A stretch of 64,000 nt of DNA, from positions 750,941 to 814,940 of the forward strand of contig MU058844.1 of NCBI GenBank assembly GCA_013265495.1, read 5' to 3'. Position 1 is the stretch's first letter, and each line of letters starts with the position of its first letter. A model generated the notes under the pieces. The model was not told the origin of the DNA and searched no databases. It worked only from the letters and a program-made list of their open reading frames with translations. Origin of the DNA: Vicugna vicugna. Taxonomy: Eukaryota. Below, one piece after another: positions 13,744 to 27,364 of this stretch. A program made the position numbers and the translations under genes.

Positions 13744-14436
13744 TAAGCAATCCCACTCCTGGTCATATATCCAGAGGGAACTCTAATTTGAAATGATACA
13801 TGTACCCCAATGATCATAGCAGCACTATTTACAATAGCCAAGACATGGAAACAACCTAAATGTCCATTGACAGATGACTGGATAAAGAAGTTATGGTACA
13901 CACACACACACACACACACACATTGGAATGCTACTCAGCCATTAAAAGAATAAAATAATGCCATTTGTAGCAACATGGCTGGACCTGGAGATTGTCATTC
14001 TAAGTGAAGTAAGCCAGAGAGAAAAATACCGTATGATATCACTTACGTGTGGAATCTAAAATAAAATGAACTTATTTACAAAACAGAAACAAACTCACAG
14101 ACATAGAAAACAAACTTATGGTTACCCAGAGGGGAAGGTGGTGGGAAGGGATAAATTAGGAGTTTGAGATTTCCAGATAATAATTACTATATATAAAATA
14201 GATAAATAACAAATTTCTACTGGATAGCACAGAGAACTTTATTCAATATCTTGTAGTAACCTATAATGAAAAAAGAATATGAAAGGGAATACATTTATGT
14301 ATATGTATGACAGAAACATTACAGTGTATACCAGGAATTGATATAACATTGTAAACCAACTATACTTCAATTAAAAAATAGGACTAAGTTTAAAACAAAC
14401 AAACAAAAAAAACTCCCTCTATGTAGGAAAAAAAAA
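13744..14436 (+). mobile_element. 5'-truncated L1 (ORF2 C-terminus + 3'UTR + A tail) inserted into a MIR
   Basis: GCAATCCCACTCCTGG...GCAGCACTATTTACAATAGCCAAGACATGGAAACAACC. Imperfect TSD AGAACTGGAATCTA (13730-13743) / AGAATTGGGATCTA (14437-14450). MIR continues 14450-14630. (CA)n at 13898-13922. Confidence 0.9.
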
Positions 14437-15559
14437 AGAATTGGGATCTAGATTTTAATCTCATATCTATCATTTACTAAGTGAATCCCTTGAAGCCTCA
14501 GTTCCTTTGGTTATAAAATGGAAATAACAATAGTACTGACTTAACAGAACTATGGGAGAAGTGAGAGACATAAAAATTATGTTAATCACTTTAACATAGG
14601 GTCCATCATGCAGTAATTTTTTCAATACCATTACTAAATCTCTCATTTGGAAAGCTCAACATTATCTTCAAGTCTTTCTTGCTCCCCAGATCCAATCACT
14701 TGCTGGGTCCAATGATGCTACTACCCCTGCAGTATCACTTACATTTAGCTACTTCTCTCTAGTCTTACTGCCAGAGAAGCAAGAACCTTGGCTGATAATT
14801 TATGGATCTGCAAATAATCATACCTTGACTGCCACGAAAATAACCTTCTTCTTCATCCAGTTTTCCCCTTCATTCCTCTAGTTTTCTCTAGAAGGACTTG
14901 GGTTGCTGAGGTGGAAGTCACATGGAATGTATGTCATTTGAATAGCTCACCATGTAGCATGGTCATGTCTCTGCACATGATTAAATGAGTCAGGTCAACT
15001 TGCTGCAAGTTTTCTCTCGTAGCACTCACATCCACATTTAATTTGTTGCCTTATAAAACACAATTTCCTGCTTTCAGCCCAAACTAAATAAAATGGAACA
15101 TTGCCAGTGAAAAGCTAGTTAGCCCAACTTGCTTTGCTTTGCCCAAATGCATATTCTATGTCAATTGTTTCATTACAGTTTGTCTGTTTACAGGGAAGCT
15201 GCCAGTGTCTAAGATATAAGGCATTCAGAAAATTGATCAGACAATGGATTCACAGTACCTAGAATCCCTGTGACTCAGTTTTCCACAAATGTGCTATTAG
15301 GGGAAATGTTCACAGATCAGCAACTGTGCACTTTTGCTGGCAGCACAGACATTGCTGATGTGCACAATTCCAAATTGCAAGCAGTTTCCCCAGTGGAAAC
15401 AATGAGAACAGAATCACTGCATTAAACAGTTGGCAGGGAATTTTAGAGATAACTTAATCTACCCCTTTGTTTTGGACACAATCCTGCTTTCAACTATTTT
15501 GAACAGATAAAAATCCATGCTATTTTAATGAGTCTTCTTCAGTAACTGTCTTCAAATAT

Positions 15560-16060
15560 CCTCGCCCTCCAAATTAGGGAGTAATTCCTTTGTCTGGAAC
15601 AGACAGTGTGGTTGCCTAGCCAAGAGCCTTTGCCTGTTTTCTCCTGTCTGATAAAAAGCCAATTCGAAGGGGTGCACATCCTTTCCCTGTGTGTCTCAGT
15701 ATTAAATTCTGATCAGTCTGAGCTTGTTTGTGATTGGTTTGGAAGGGGCAGGTGACCCAGTTCTGTGCAATAAAATGTAATGAGAAGCCAGTGAGAGCAA
15801 GCCTCTGGGAGAGGTTTCCTTGCTCCTAAAAGAGCGCTTAACAAGGAAAACAGTCCTTATTTTTGGCTGGGCATGATACTCAGAGCTGTGGGAGCTCCCT
15901 TGCATCCATGGAGGGAGCCAGGCAAGGGCAAGGCCAAATAGTGATAATGACAGAGCAGAGATATGGAAAGACTCTGGGCTGTTGATAATATCATTAAGCT
16001 GCTAAATCAACCAACCTGGCACCGACCTACTCTAGGATTTTTTGTTATATGAGATAGTAA
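15560..16060. mobile_element. Old MaLR (MLT1K/L-like) LTR
   Basis: GGTGACCCAGTTCTGTGCAATAAAATGTAA...CTCTGGGAGAGGTTTCCTTGCTCCTAAAAG...AATCAACCAACCTGG. Confidence 0.55.
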
Positions 16061-16199
16061 ATTTTTCTTATTGTCTATACATTGGTGATTATAAATTGAT
16101 GGCTTTGTTGTCCAGAACTTTGTGGGAGATGGACCACAAATCTCCATACCCAGATAAAAGTCATCCCAGAGAATGGAACACTATTTCATATGCAAGCAT

Positions 16200-17260
16200 T
16201 TAGAGAAATGAATGGTAAACAGTAGAATCTACTCTGACCAAGTGTGCTAAGCTAAAATTATTTCTTTTTTGACAAAATTAGTGGATAGTAAATTACATAT
16301 CAGAGAAAGTCATGGAAATATTTGATTTCAGCAAATGTCAGATAAAACTGCTTATAATGTCTTGGTCCATAAAATGGGAAAATATTGGGGAAAGATGCAG
16401 ATGTTGAATAAAGACAGGATGCTAGAGGAAAACAAGGCTGGTCGATTGGCAGGTCATGGCATTTTAACAGTACTGTGACAAATAGCAAATAGATGATGGT
16501 ATAGGCAAGCAATCAGCATGGGGAGGGCTGACAAGTGTTTAATACAAACAGTGGGACATACTAAAAGATGGAAAGTGTGCTGGGAATAGGGTGCAAATGA
16601 TCATTAGAAACCTAGGGAGGCAAGAGTTGGCACCACAGGAAAATTGACAGGTTGCAGGTTTCCAGTTCTTGTGCTGGATTTCAGGAGGAAAAAATTCTTG
16701 TGTGAAGACGTAGGGGAAGTAAATGAAAAGAACTCAAGTTTAACTATTTTTAAAAATGGAAATGCACTAATCATAGGATAATAGGGATTAAAAAGCAACT
16801 CATCAAAACAGTAACTTAAGAATAGGCCACATGGTAGAAGCTTAGTTGTTACACTTTGGATGAAAGCCAATACTATACTAAGAGGAAACATGATCCAACT
16901 TTGAGCTCTAGAGTTTTAGTTTAGAGACCTTCAAATTCCTAGGATTGTTCCTAGACACGTAGGGAGGCCAAGCCCATAGCTGGAATTCTCTATGGCTGAG
17001 GCTATAGAAAGAGTAGATATACAAAGGGAGGGAATCAGGAAGGGCCTTACCCAAACACTGTTGATTAGTTAATGGATCCATATCAGCTTTGTGGAAACTC
17101 TTAATTATTTGTCTGAGAACTTTGTCCATGGCCCTGGCCTATTCAAATATTTTTATTATGAACCTGAATGAAAACAAAGAAGATATGAAAATCATATTTG
17201 TGGACAATACAAAGTTGGAAAAAACTGCTAATATGTTGAACTCAATAATCAAAAGTTGAG
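16200..17260 (+). mobile_element. CR1/L3 LINE reverse-transcriptase remnants
   Basis: TTTGATTTCAGCAAA (FDFSK, cf. LDFSKAFD) at ~16321. TTTGTGGACAATACAAAGTTG (FVDNTKL, cf. FADDTKL) at 17197-17217, preceded by LFNIFI-like sequence. Confidence 0.6.
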
Positions 17261-17594
17261 TGTAGTTGAACCTGCATCTGGTTAGTAGCTGTTAATGTGG
17301 CTCTTATCAATTTTACAATAAAATATGAAGATAAAAAATTCTTGAAAACTCACAATGCAGTATATTGGGACCATGTCCAAGGACTGGCTCATTGTGAGAA
17401 ACTTGGAGGAATTTCCAGGAATTACAAGACTCAGAGAAAATAACTGAATGGGATAAGTGGTAGATCCCATGTGCTCATGTGGGGAAACATCCTGCTACAA
17501 AGTAAGGTTAGTCTCTCCTCTGCTTCTGTCTCGGAATCAGAAGCCTAAGTCAGTTCCACCCAGAAACATAGTCCATTGCAGGTTTTTGCTCCCT

Positions 17595-17619
17595 GTGTGT
17601 GTGTGTGTGTGTGTGTGTG
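17595..17619 (+). repeat. (GT)n microsatellite
   Basis: Seen directly. Confidence 0.95.
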
Positions 17620-17659
17620 TATTAGAGTATAACTTTTAACCTGTCCCTATGGTGAGTCA

Positions 17660-18830
17660 GCTTTCTCCACACCATATACCAAACAGTTTATCTTTTCTTT
17701 ACTAATTTCTGATGCCACCTCTTTCATGAATGAAGATCTTGGGGTCTGTTTCTGGACTCTATGTTCTATTGTCCTATTGTTCTACTGTCTGTTCCTATTG
17801 CCACTACCAAATTGTGTTTTTTAATTACCTTAGTTTTGTAATATGTTTTAATATATGGTAGGGGAATATCCTTTCCCCCCACTTGGCTCTTTTTTTCTGG
17901 AAAAAAAGGAACTTTAATTTTTTTCATGTAAATTAAGCAAACACCCTCAACCCCCCAAATTTTACTGAAATTTTGCTGTGAATTATATTAAAATTGTAGA
18001 TTAGTTTGGAGAGAATTAGAATCATTATCATGGTTAGATTTCTCCACAAGAGCATGTCTTATATTTCCATTTATTCTTAACTGCTTCAGTGCTATGATAG
18101 CAAAGTGTGGTCCATGGACCAGCTGCATAAGCCTCACCTGGGAGGTTTTGAAATGCCAACTCTTAGGCACCAGCCCCCCCAAAAACCTACTGGATCAGAA
18201 TCTGCTATTTAAACAAGATCCCCAGGTGATTTGTATGTAATTAAAGTTAGAAAAATACTAGGTTAGTAAAATTTTAAAGATTTCTCCGAGAGATTTTGTG
18301 CATATCTGTTAGGTTGATTCCTAGGTTAACACATCAACAGTTCTAGTTTTTCTGTTGAATCTCTTCTGAGTTTTCTGCAAACATTTATATCATCTGAAAA
18401 TAACCATACCTGAGCCTCTTGACTCTCTTTTCCTTCCCATCTTTATACTTCTTTCCTTCTCTTGATTTATTTTAGTGGCCAAAGCTTCCAATATCACATG
18501 GAAATTAAGGGTGAGAAAAGGCACCTGAGTTTTATTCTCAACCTTAAAAGAAATACTTCTAATATTTCTTCAGTAAATATTAAATTTGCTGCTGAGTTTT
18601 AGAAAATGCCCTTATCAAGTTATGGGACTTCTTCTCTACTCTTTGTTTTCTAAACATCTTTTTCAAAAGTTCAGAATAGATTTAAATTTTATTTTCTGCA
18701 GATATAGGAGAAAAATCATGTGATTTTTGTCCTTTTATCCATTAATATGAATCACACTGCCATAATTTCTGTCTTTGAACCATCCTTACATTCCTGGGAT
18801 AAATCATATACTGTTATAATTTACCCTCAA
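17660..18830 (-). mobile_element. Ancient L1 (L1ME-like) ORF2 fragment containing a MER5A insertion (~18085-18265)
   Basis: GGGTCTGTTTCTGGACTC, TAGATTAGTTTGGAGAGAATT, AACCATCCTTACATTCCTGGGATAAA. MER5A: CAAAGTGTGGTCCATGGACCAGC...AACAAGATCCCCAGGTGATT. Confidence 0.7.
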
Positions 18831-21309
18831 CACTCTCTTTTATTAGATAATATAGAATAAAGCATGTAGCTCTTCATATTAATTAAATTAAAGGGGTTAA
18901 AGTGCAACTGTAGCTAATTTTCTGAAAAAATAATTTGTTCTTATTCTCTGCCTCTTTAATCAAAAGAACTTGGGCCAAGGCAGACACATAAAACTTCCCA
19001 GGGAGATAAATTACTCTTATTGTGACCTCAGTAAAGTTTGGAAGAAAAGAATGAATATAATTGTTCTCTTTTCCCCATGGTTTTTAGTTGAATAACCTAG
19101 ATAAACTTGGAAATTGATTCGTAGAGATGAATGTCCCCACATGTAGCTATTTTCATGGTATGACAGGGCAGTTGTCTTGTGGTCAAGCTCCTCCTTTGCT
19201 CTTGTATCAAAAGATGGTGCTCTTAACTTTAATTGCCATCTCTGTGTAGGTGTGGCACAGAAGACTCAAGACACAACCATTTCATGTACCATTCCTACCA
19301 GATCTCTCTATGGCTAAAGCTTCTCATTAATAAAGCCCAGTGTGGCTTACAGTTAAGCATAGAGTGAATTGAGGCTTTCACACCAAAAGCCACCCCATTG
19401 CTGATGTGTAAACATTAGGCCAGGATTGTCCATTCTCTTGATGCAAAACAGCTGAGCAAGGTCCTTGACAGTCCAGCATCGGTAGGGTCTTCGCTGTTGG
19501 CTGATTATAACAATGCTGCTCCTCTCTTCCCAGTTGATAAGTGTCTGCTTTGAGCAGGGGTTCCTAATCTTTCAAGAATCTACTGAAAGCTCTTTCCAGA
19601 AAAATGAAAAAATAAATGAAGCACATTATTTCCAAAAGTTCATAACCATGGTTTCAAAGCCATAATCTGAGTAGGGGTCTGTGGGCTATAATTTAAAACC
19701 CTTCAGGTCGACTGAGGATAGAAAAAAAGCTGGAAGCACCAGAGTGGGGTTGACTTTTGGTTTCAGAAGAGCCACTCAAATGATATGCTCATTTTCTTAA
19801 CAGTTTCAGTTTTATAGGTGAATAGTTCAGCTAAACTGAACAGCAGCTTGCCACAACTTTTGTATTTGTGACTTGGTAGGGTGTAAGGACTGCAGAGTTG
19901 CACAGAATCTGATCAGGCATCAAAACAGCAACATTTAAATAAAACATTCTTACTGATGGAAAAAAGAATCTTACTGATGGAAAAAAGAATCAGGCAGTTT
20001 GAAGAACAGTGCTAACAGTCAAAAACACCCATCGCTTTTTGCAGATTTAGTTTTGTACAAACTTCTAGATAATAGTCATCATGGATTACTTCTGGAAGAT
20101 GGAACAAAGACTGTGGATGACACTCAGAGCCTTCCCAGAACTGATTCTAGCACCAGTTTTCCAGTCATTTGTCATATCCTGGGTTATGGCCATCTTCATT
20201 CATCTAGTGACACACAGAGTCATTCATTTATTAAGTATTTAATTAGTATCACCAGAGAGCCAACCACGCCATAGATCCAAGCCTATTAATGGTGAATTTT
20301 TAACTTCTTCTTTGCCAGGGAGTATACAATGAAAAACATACCGTTTGGGGTAAGAATAGGCTAAAGAGAAAGGAAGATTATTTTCATTGAACTGCCACAG
20401 CATGAGTCTTCATTCAGAAAAGTAGACAAGTACTGCAGCAGAGCAGGGCATGGAAGAAAAGTAGGATGAAAGATCTGCAATTCATTTTTTATGTCTTGCA
20501 TGTGTTGTGGTAGAAAGAACAAAATAACAGTATTGTAGTGATTTTACACCTAATCCTAATCTTAGATTTTAGATATTGAACACTTGTGTCAATCTTAAAT
20601 AAAGCCAAAAAATATACCAAGGGAGAAACGCACATCCTTAAGTTTCTGGAGAAATATTAGAAGTGCTAAAACATATGCCCTCAATTAGATTTTTATAAAT
20701 CAAATTGCACTTTAATCAAATCCATTTGTTGTTCCAAAGATCTGAAATAATTAAAACCACGGAATAAGATATCCTACTATTTATAACCGAATGATTTATA
20801 CTTCTAATTAACTTCAGAACATGTAGCTGTTTTATTTGGGCTCTGAAGAGTTTCCCCACCCTGGATCCAGAATAAAAGCACTGCTAGAAACCACCGTTGA
20901 TTACATAATAGAAAATGCAGCAAGGTACAAATCTGACTTTTACTTTGATTTAGTCTTGGTTTGTATGTCTTTTTTTAAATAAAAATCACATATAATTTTT
21001 GAATTGAGTTTTTTTTTTTTTAATTTTGGAAAACTATTAGTAAAAACTTTTTCAAGACCAAAGTATGAAGGAATTTTGGAAAGGAATGACTTTTTCTCCT
21101 GCTCTGGAACCTTCAAGAATCTAAAATTGAGATACCATAGCCTCAATTAAGCTATTAATTCTACCAGTTGCTAAAGTTTAATACTATTTTTGTTGAATTT
21201 CTGCAGTACCATGGAAAATACTGACAAAAATAGTTTTTATATAAGAAAGAAAGGGGGGAGATTAGAAATGAAGTTCACATTAGAACAATACCACATGTCA
21301 TTCTCTTAG

Positions 21310-22190
21310 ACCCGCCCTGTTCAATACTGTAGCCACTAGCCATATGTGGCTATTGAGCACTTGAAAGGTAGTATCAGGAAGGAAAAACGTTCTCTACCCT
21401 TTTAAATTCAGGACCTGGGGACCTATAAAATAAACTGACAGAAGAGAGATTAACAGGAGAAAAGGCACACAAGTTTTACAGCTATTGATATGCATAGGAG
21501 TTCACAGAAGGGATATGCATAGGAGTTCACAGAAGGGAAGTGAAGTTCAAAGAAGTGGTTAGATTTGGGGGCTTGTATACCATTTAAACAAAGGAAAGGG
21601 AGTTAGGATTTCAAGGAATTATAAATCATGGGGAAATGCCTAGGGAATATATTGGGGAACTAATGGAAGATAAGAGTTATCTAGTAAGGCTTGCAGATGC
21701 AAATTCATCTCCCTGTCTCCAGTGATAAAATTTGCTCTTCCCTTCCTGGTGCAGGGAGTGGGGCACCTTCACAAAGGGAAGTGTATGCTTTGCTTTTAGG
21801 CAGATAATGGGAGGGCAGAAAATTCTTTCTGCATCAGTTGATACTCAGTTGCTTTCATCCTTATGCCAGAGTGGCATATTTGGGGTGGCATATCTCGACC
21901 CCCTTCAGTAAGATTAGGAAGTCAGTAGGAAGTCTGGATTGAGATGTGCCCAAAGAGTAAAATATATTCCAGATTTTGAAGACTTAGTATAAAGAAAAAA
22001 ATGTAAAATAACTCATTAATAATTTTTATATTGATTACCAGCTTAAATGATAATATTTTTGATATACTGGGCTAAATTAAACATATTGTTAAATTAATTT
22101 CATCTGTTTCATTCTCTCTTTTTTAATGTGTCTACTGCAACATTTACAGTGGCATGTGGCTTGCATTATATTACTGTGAGACAGTGAGTG
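21310..22190. mobile_element. MER33-like hAT DNA transposon split by an LTR insertion
   Basis: CTGTTCAATACTGTAGCCACTAGCCATATGTGGCTATTGAGCACTTGAAA on the left; GATTTTGAAGACTTAGTA...ATGTGGCTTGCATTATATT on the right. Confidence 0.7.
21372..21907 (-). mobile_element. ERV1 solo LTR (MER34/MER39-like) with a perfect 25-bp tandem duplication at 21487-21536
   Basis: AAACTGACAGAAGAGAGATTAACAGGAGAAAAGGC...GTGGCATATTTGGGGTGGCATAT...CCCCTTCA. Confidence 0.75.
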
Positions 22191-23244
22191 CTGTCCTGAA
22201 CATTAAATGAATGACTCAAGTTGAGGGTGTATTTGGTTTTTAATAGAGTGGCCTTCGTTGCCAGATGCACAGCAGATGTTAGCTAATTTACTAGAATGAC
22301 AACAATTTAAACTCAAAAGTGACTTAAACAATGGGAAGACCTCCTGGGATGCTCAAAACAGTGGAAGGCATTTGTGTTGTTGTGTTTGTTGTTTTAAACT
22401 TTCAATGATATGTGGGTAGTCTATTTGGGGTGACACATTTCATGTCCACTTCAAAAGCAGCCCTCAGTTCTTTAGACTGTAAGACAAAGGCAATAAATCT
22501 GAGTTGAAAGGTGGGGATGAGATCAAGTTAAACAGAAAGGAGGATCTGATGAAATGAAACGTTAACTGAAGGGCATTCCCCAGTGGCCTGCATCCCTACA
22601 GAGAATGCGATCATCTATACAAATGTAATGTGGCAAATATCACCTCCCAGATTACATCACCCTGAGATACAGTGAGGGTCCAAGATAATAGTAATCAAAA
22701 GAAAAAATATTATTTCACACAAGCCCCCATCAACTGATTCCTGGAACTTTTCTGAGTCTTTTTTGTATTTATTTTTCCTACTAATGTCCTTTTTTTTTTT
22801 TTTTTGAGTCTTTCCTGATGGCTCATGATGGCTCATGGTGGCTGTGGGGATGGCTATGAGTAAAATCCAAGGGGTCTTCTGGTCCTACATGTTCTATTGG
22901 CTCCCCAATCCTGAAATGGCTCCCAATTTTTTTAAGGATATTTTGGGGCCCACATCTGTTACCTACCAGGTCTGCACCTGCTCCCTTGGTGTTGGTGGAA
23001 CTGATGCTACTCCTCCCAGTGGCTACCTTCAGCCAACCAGGCCGGCCTCTGTGTGCCCGGAGCCAGCAGGCCTGAGACTCTATGACAGCTCACCCTTCTC
23101 CACAGGAAACCAGGAACTTCCTAGCTTCTCTCTGTCCCTCCTTCCTGTGAGGAGAGTCGACCTTGGACTTAAGTAGCTTCGGCCTTGGCGACAGGCCTGA
23201 TCTCATTCTCATCCTTTGTCCACCTTGTACTTGTGTTTGGACAA

Positions 23245-23806
23245 TGTTGAATTTTACCTGAAGGTTGAGAAAGACTCTCCATTTCGTGTTCTGGAAAATG
23301 GCTTACTGCAGGAAACCACCCCTCCCCGTTTGACTTAGATAAGACTCAAAAGGCCCCCTTGCCTATGACAAGGCAAGATACAGACACCAAATTCCCAGTG
23401 TCTGCCACAGAAGTGATTAGTTGAACAGCCTGTCCCCACTGATCAGTCAGGACAAAGTGTCTGTCAAGTAAACTTTCTCTCCTAATACCAGGTCCCTGAA
23501 ACTTGGCCCGCCCTCCACAGAAGCCCACCCACAGCCCTTCCTTGGGAGTCCTCCTTCAAACAGGCTGGCCTCAGGGTTAAACTTTGTGGCCCCACTTTCA
23601 TCCCACTTGCCCACACCCAGCTCTTGTTTACCCCTCTCCCTGTAAAAGGAAAACCCTTTCTACGAACTCTGGGAACACGTGCAGACCTTGTGGTCAAAGC
23701 TTTTCCCCTATTGCCAAAGGCTCTTTCTCCCCTTTGCAATAATCCTTTTGAATACAGTCTTTTCCTACTAAATCCAGATTTGATTTTTATTTGGTGATTT
23801 TTACAG
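23245..23806 (+). mobile_element. ERV solo LTR
   Basis: Starts TGTTGA and ends TTTTACA. TATA-like TGTAAAA at ~23641, AATACA at ~23751, LTR-like U3/R/U5 composition. Confidence 0.65.
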
Positions 23807-26800
23807 TCAGAGAGAAGGATACCTTAGAGGAGCCCCAGCCCCAAGTTTCACTCCCTTCAGAAACCTGTGCTTACTTGCTTTAGTATGCGGTAAACCCTGA
23901 TGTTGAATCAGTGTACTGTGATTTTTTTTGAAGGATTTTGCTATGTTTGCATATGTTAAAAAGGACTTCATATATGTAACCCATCAGCAGCAATGTCAGT
24001 ATCTAAGAATCATGTAGTCAGGAAGTCCTAGCTCTGGGAAACACATGCCTCTCTGAGTGTCACCACCAGCTGTGCAGCTGGGTGGCATCACCTTCCTGAG
24101 CCTTATTTTCACCCCACTAGCAGGTGTTGCTGAGTGGCAATCCCTGGGCCAGGTTCTGCTCCACATTTCCTTTATGTGGTTCACACAGTATTGAAAACAT
24201 TTCTTTCAATTAGCACCCTTTATCAAAAATCAGGAGATTTCACATAAATCTACTGGCTTCTCTTGAAAAAATAGGTCCCAGAAACATGGTTTGCACCTTC
24301 CCATGGAGAACAAATCCTCATAACTGGCATGCTTTGCTCATTGACGTGACTGTCTGGCACGTGGCCTTACATTGTTAACCCTGACCATGGCACGGAGTGA
24401 ACGGTACGTTCATCATTTCGTTGTTTTGAGGTCAAGATAAAGTGCAAAGGGGCTCCCAGTAAGACCAGTAAGACCTCTAAGACCTCAATAATTGTTAGTT
24501 CTCCATCCTCATTTGCTGGTGTTTAGGTTTGTAGCTTATGTTGACTTTTGAGCATTTAAGTAGATTTTCTACTTTGAATACATGGCTAATGGTTAAAAAT
24601 AACAACAGAAGAAAGGTTAGAAGCGCATCTGAGATGAAGCAAATCCTTAGGGAAAAAGAAGCTGACTTCAGAATCTTGAAAACATGTTGGAAAGATAAAC
24701 ATTTTTTAAGATTAAAATATTAGACTGTAGCTATGTCTTCCAAATAAATCATTTAATTGATGTGATAGTTCATAGGGAAAATAGATGTTTTCCCTACACT
24801 GTGACAAAACCCCTGATTTGATTGATTTTACAGTTAAATCAAGGGAGGTGGCTGATTGTTTTTGCAAGCAATTCCTTGCCCTTTATTGATTTGTTTTAAA
24901 GTTTAGCCATTGAACATTTATAGTAAAGTGATCACCCCACCTTGAACTGACAAAAGCAAGAACAGTCACCAATTGAAAGCACCATATGTAATAAGCTGTG
25001 TTACAGCTCTTACAGATTTTTGAGTCCAAATTTCCTTGAAAATTCATATCTGATCATTGCAATATGAAGGCTAGAGTACTAGCATTATGAGTCTCTGCCT
25101 TGAGGTTCGCTTTGGACTATCAAAGCTGTCTCAACTGTTGCTCATTCCAAGAGGGCCCAAAAGTTTTCATAGAGAACTCACATGCTGACTCCATTTCCTC
25201 TCCTGAAGCTTTCTTAGCAGATCCAAACCTTGAAGAGGCTTCTCCCTCTTATGAGGCTCCCTCTTCGTTCCCACTGAGCCTACAGTGACCAAGTACATAA
25301 TTCAAAACTCTCAAGTGGTTTTTCCTCCCTCCCAGTCCTTGCTGAGCCCTGAAACCCAGGTCAAGAATGATGCGCTCAGTTAAACAGCTGGGGGAAAGAC
25401 ACCCACAGGCATCTCACACCAGGTCCAAAAGTCCTCATTTCCCAGCATGAGGTGTGGGGTGGAATTTGGCAGAGGTCTGCCAACCCCTCCTCCAAGACGT
25501 GCAATTTCTCCCAACCTCGGGCCTCTCTTTCACAATATGCCTAATATTCTCTCCCTCTGGATGCTTCTCTTAGCCTGGCTTCTCTTTGCATTTGAAAAAT
25601 GAAGCTACTTCTTTTCTCTAGGGGAGGTCTTTGAATGCTTCTCACATTTTCACAGATTGCTTTTTTTTTGTTTTCTTAAACTTTCATTTTGAAGCAAAAT
25701 GTGGCAAATTTAAACACTTCATTAGTTGTTACTGGCTGCTTCCCAGTTTGCTTGGTAAACTCTTTCCAGGACCCAGTGAAAGCTTAGTTACTCATGTTAG
25801 CTTTTTGAAGTGAACTAGCACCCTCTGTAGGCCAACCTTTTTATAAGTATGAGAAACCACATCTCAACGTGGAGTGTTAAGTTTCTAATGCCAGCACCTA
25901 AGGTAAAAAAAATCACATCTGTCAAAATTATCTGTGAAAATCCCTGAAATGATCAGGCAGAATAAAAGCCATGAATTAGCTTCTTTTGTTTCTCTTACTG
26001 TGCTGGTTGGCCTGCCTTTGTCTGGAGCAGTGGAACTTCGATGGGGGAAGGAAGGTTAGATTAAATAAAGAAATAGTCTCTTTCTCAACTTCTCTTTTTT
26101 ATCCCTCCTCCCCTCCACTTACTTGAGAAGCTCATATAGTATATTCATTTAACAATATTTATTGACCGTCTACTGGGTGTTGACCATCATTATAGGGTCT
26201 AACACATAGAGACTTTTGGAGCTTGCATTCTGAGAGGTAAGTCTAGATTTTGAAAAGAGATGCTTTTTTCAGAGAGTGATAAGTGCTCTGAGGTTAATAA
26301 AGCAGGCACATGGCTTAGAGAGTGACAGGGGACAGCCTGTTTTAAATATTCATGGCAAGCCTGCAGAAGGTGACTCTGAGCAGAGACTTGGATGAAGAGA
26401 CCGGTGTATCAACTTGATGGCTGTTACAAACTGGAGAGAGGAGTTAATGAAATTATTCCTCAAGTATTTTAGCTACTTTGTTTCTGAACTTGGCAGTTTG
26501 AGTTGTTTGTTGACTGGTTATCTTCTTCAGGTTTGTTGTACAGCTTTTCATTTAGCTTAACACATTGTTGGTAACCATAAACAGATTATTCTTATTTATT
26601 TTGAGTTATAGATAAAAACAATTATGAACTGTTCTAATCTGCAGGAAGTGAGGCATGGGAGTTAAGTAACAGGATGAGCATGCCATTTCAGGGTGCACAT
26701 GCTATTTCAGCCTTCGGGGTGAAATGGCAAGTCTGCCATCGATATTTGTCCCCCATCCTGGGAGCACTTCCTCAGGGTAATGTCCTGCCTTTGCCATTCT

Positions 26801-27364
26801 CTGAGGAGTCTTTACTAGGACAGGGTAGCAACATTGTTCTGGCCTTCAAGAACCTGGGGAATAGGAAAAGTAGCAACCTATTGATGGTGATCTTTTGTAG
26901 TTTGGTTCCAAACTGCCTCTCCAACAGTGATCTTTCCAGCAGAATGAGAATGAAGCTCCAATCCCAAAAAATGGCAAAAAGGAGAGAAAGTGTTACAGAG
27001 GAGAGGTGGAAGTAAAACCATCAGACTGAGAATCAAGCCTGGAAGGAACCAGGATACTATTTCTTTCATTCGTTCCTTCATTCATCAAATATCTACTGGA
27101 CACTTGCAGTATGCTAGGCACTGTGATATTACTGGGAATATTATAGTGAGCATACTGAGTCCTGAATTCAAGGTTCAGGAACAGTCCATGCAAAACATTG
27201 TCAAGTCCATCAAGAGGTCTTCTGTGATGCTACAATCCTCAATCCCACATTCCCTGTCCATAAGGCTGCTGTTAGACTGCCCGGGGCTCTCTTAGTTTGG
27301 GGATGTATCTTGCCTTAGACACCTCTTTATATTCCACTTTCTTCCACCAAACATTGGCAGAGAG

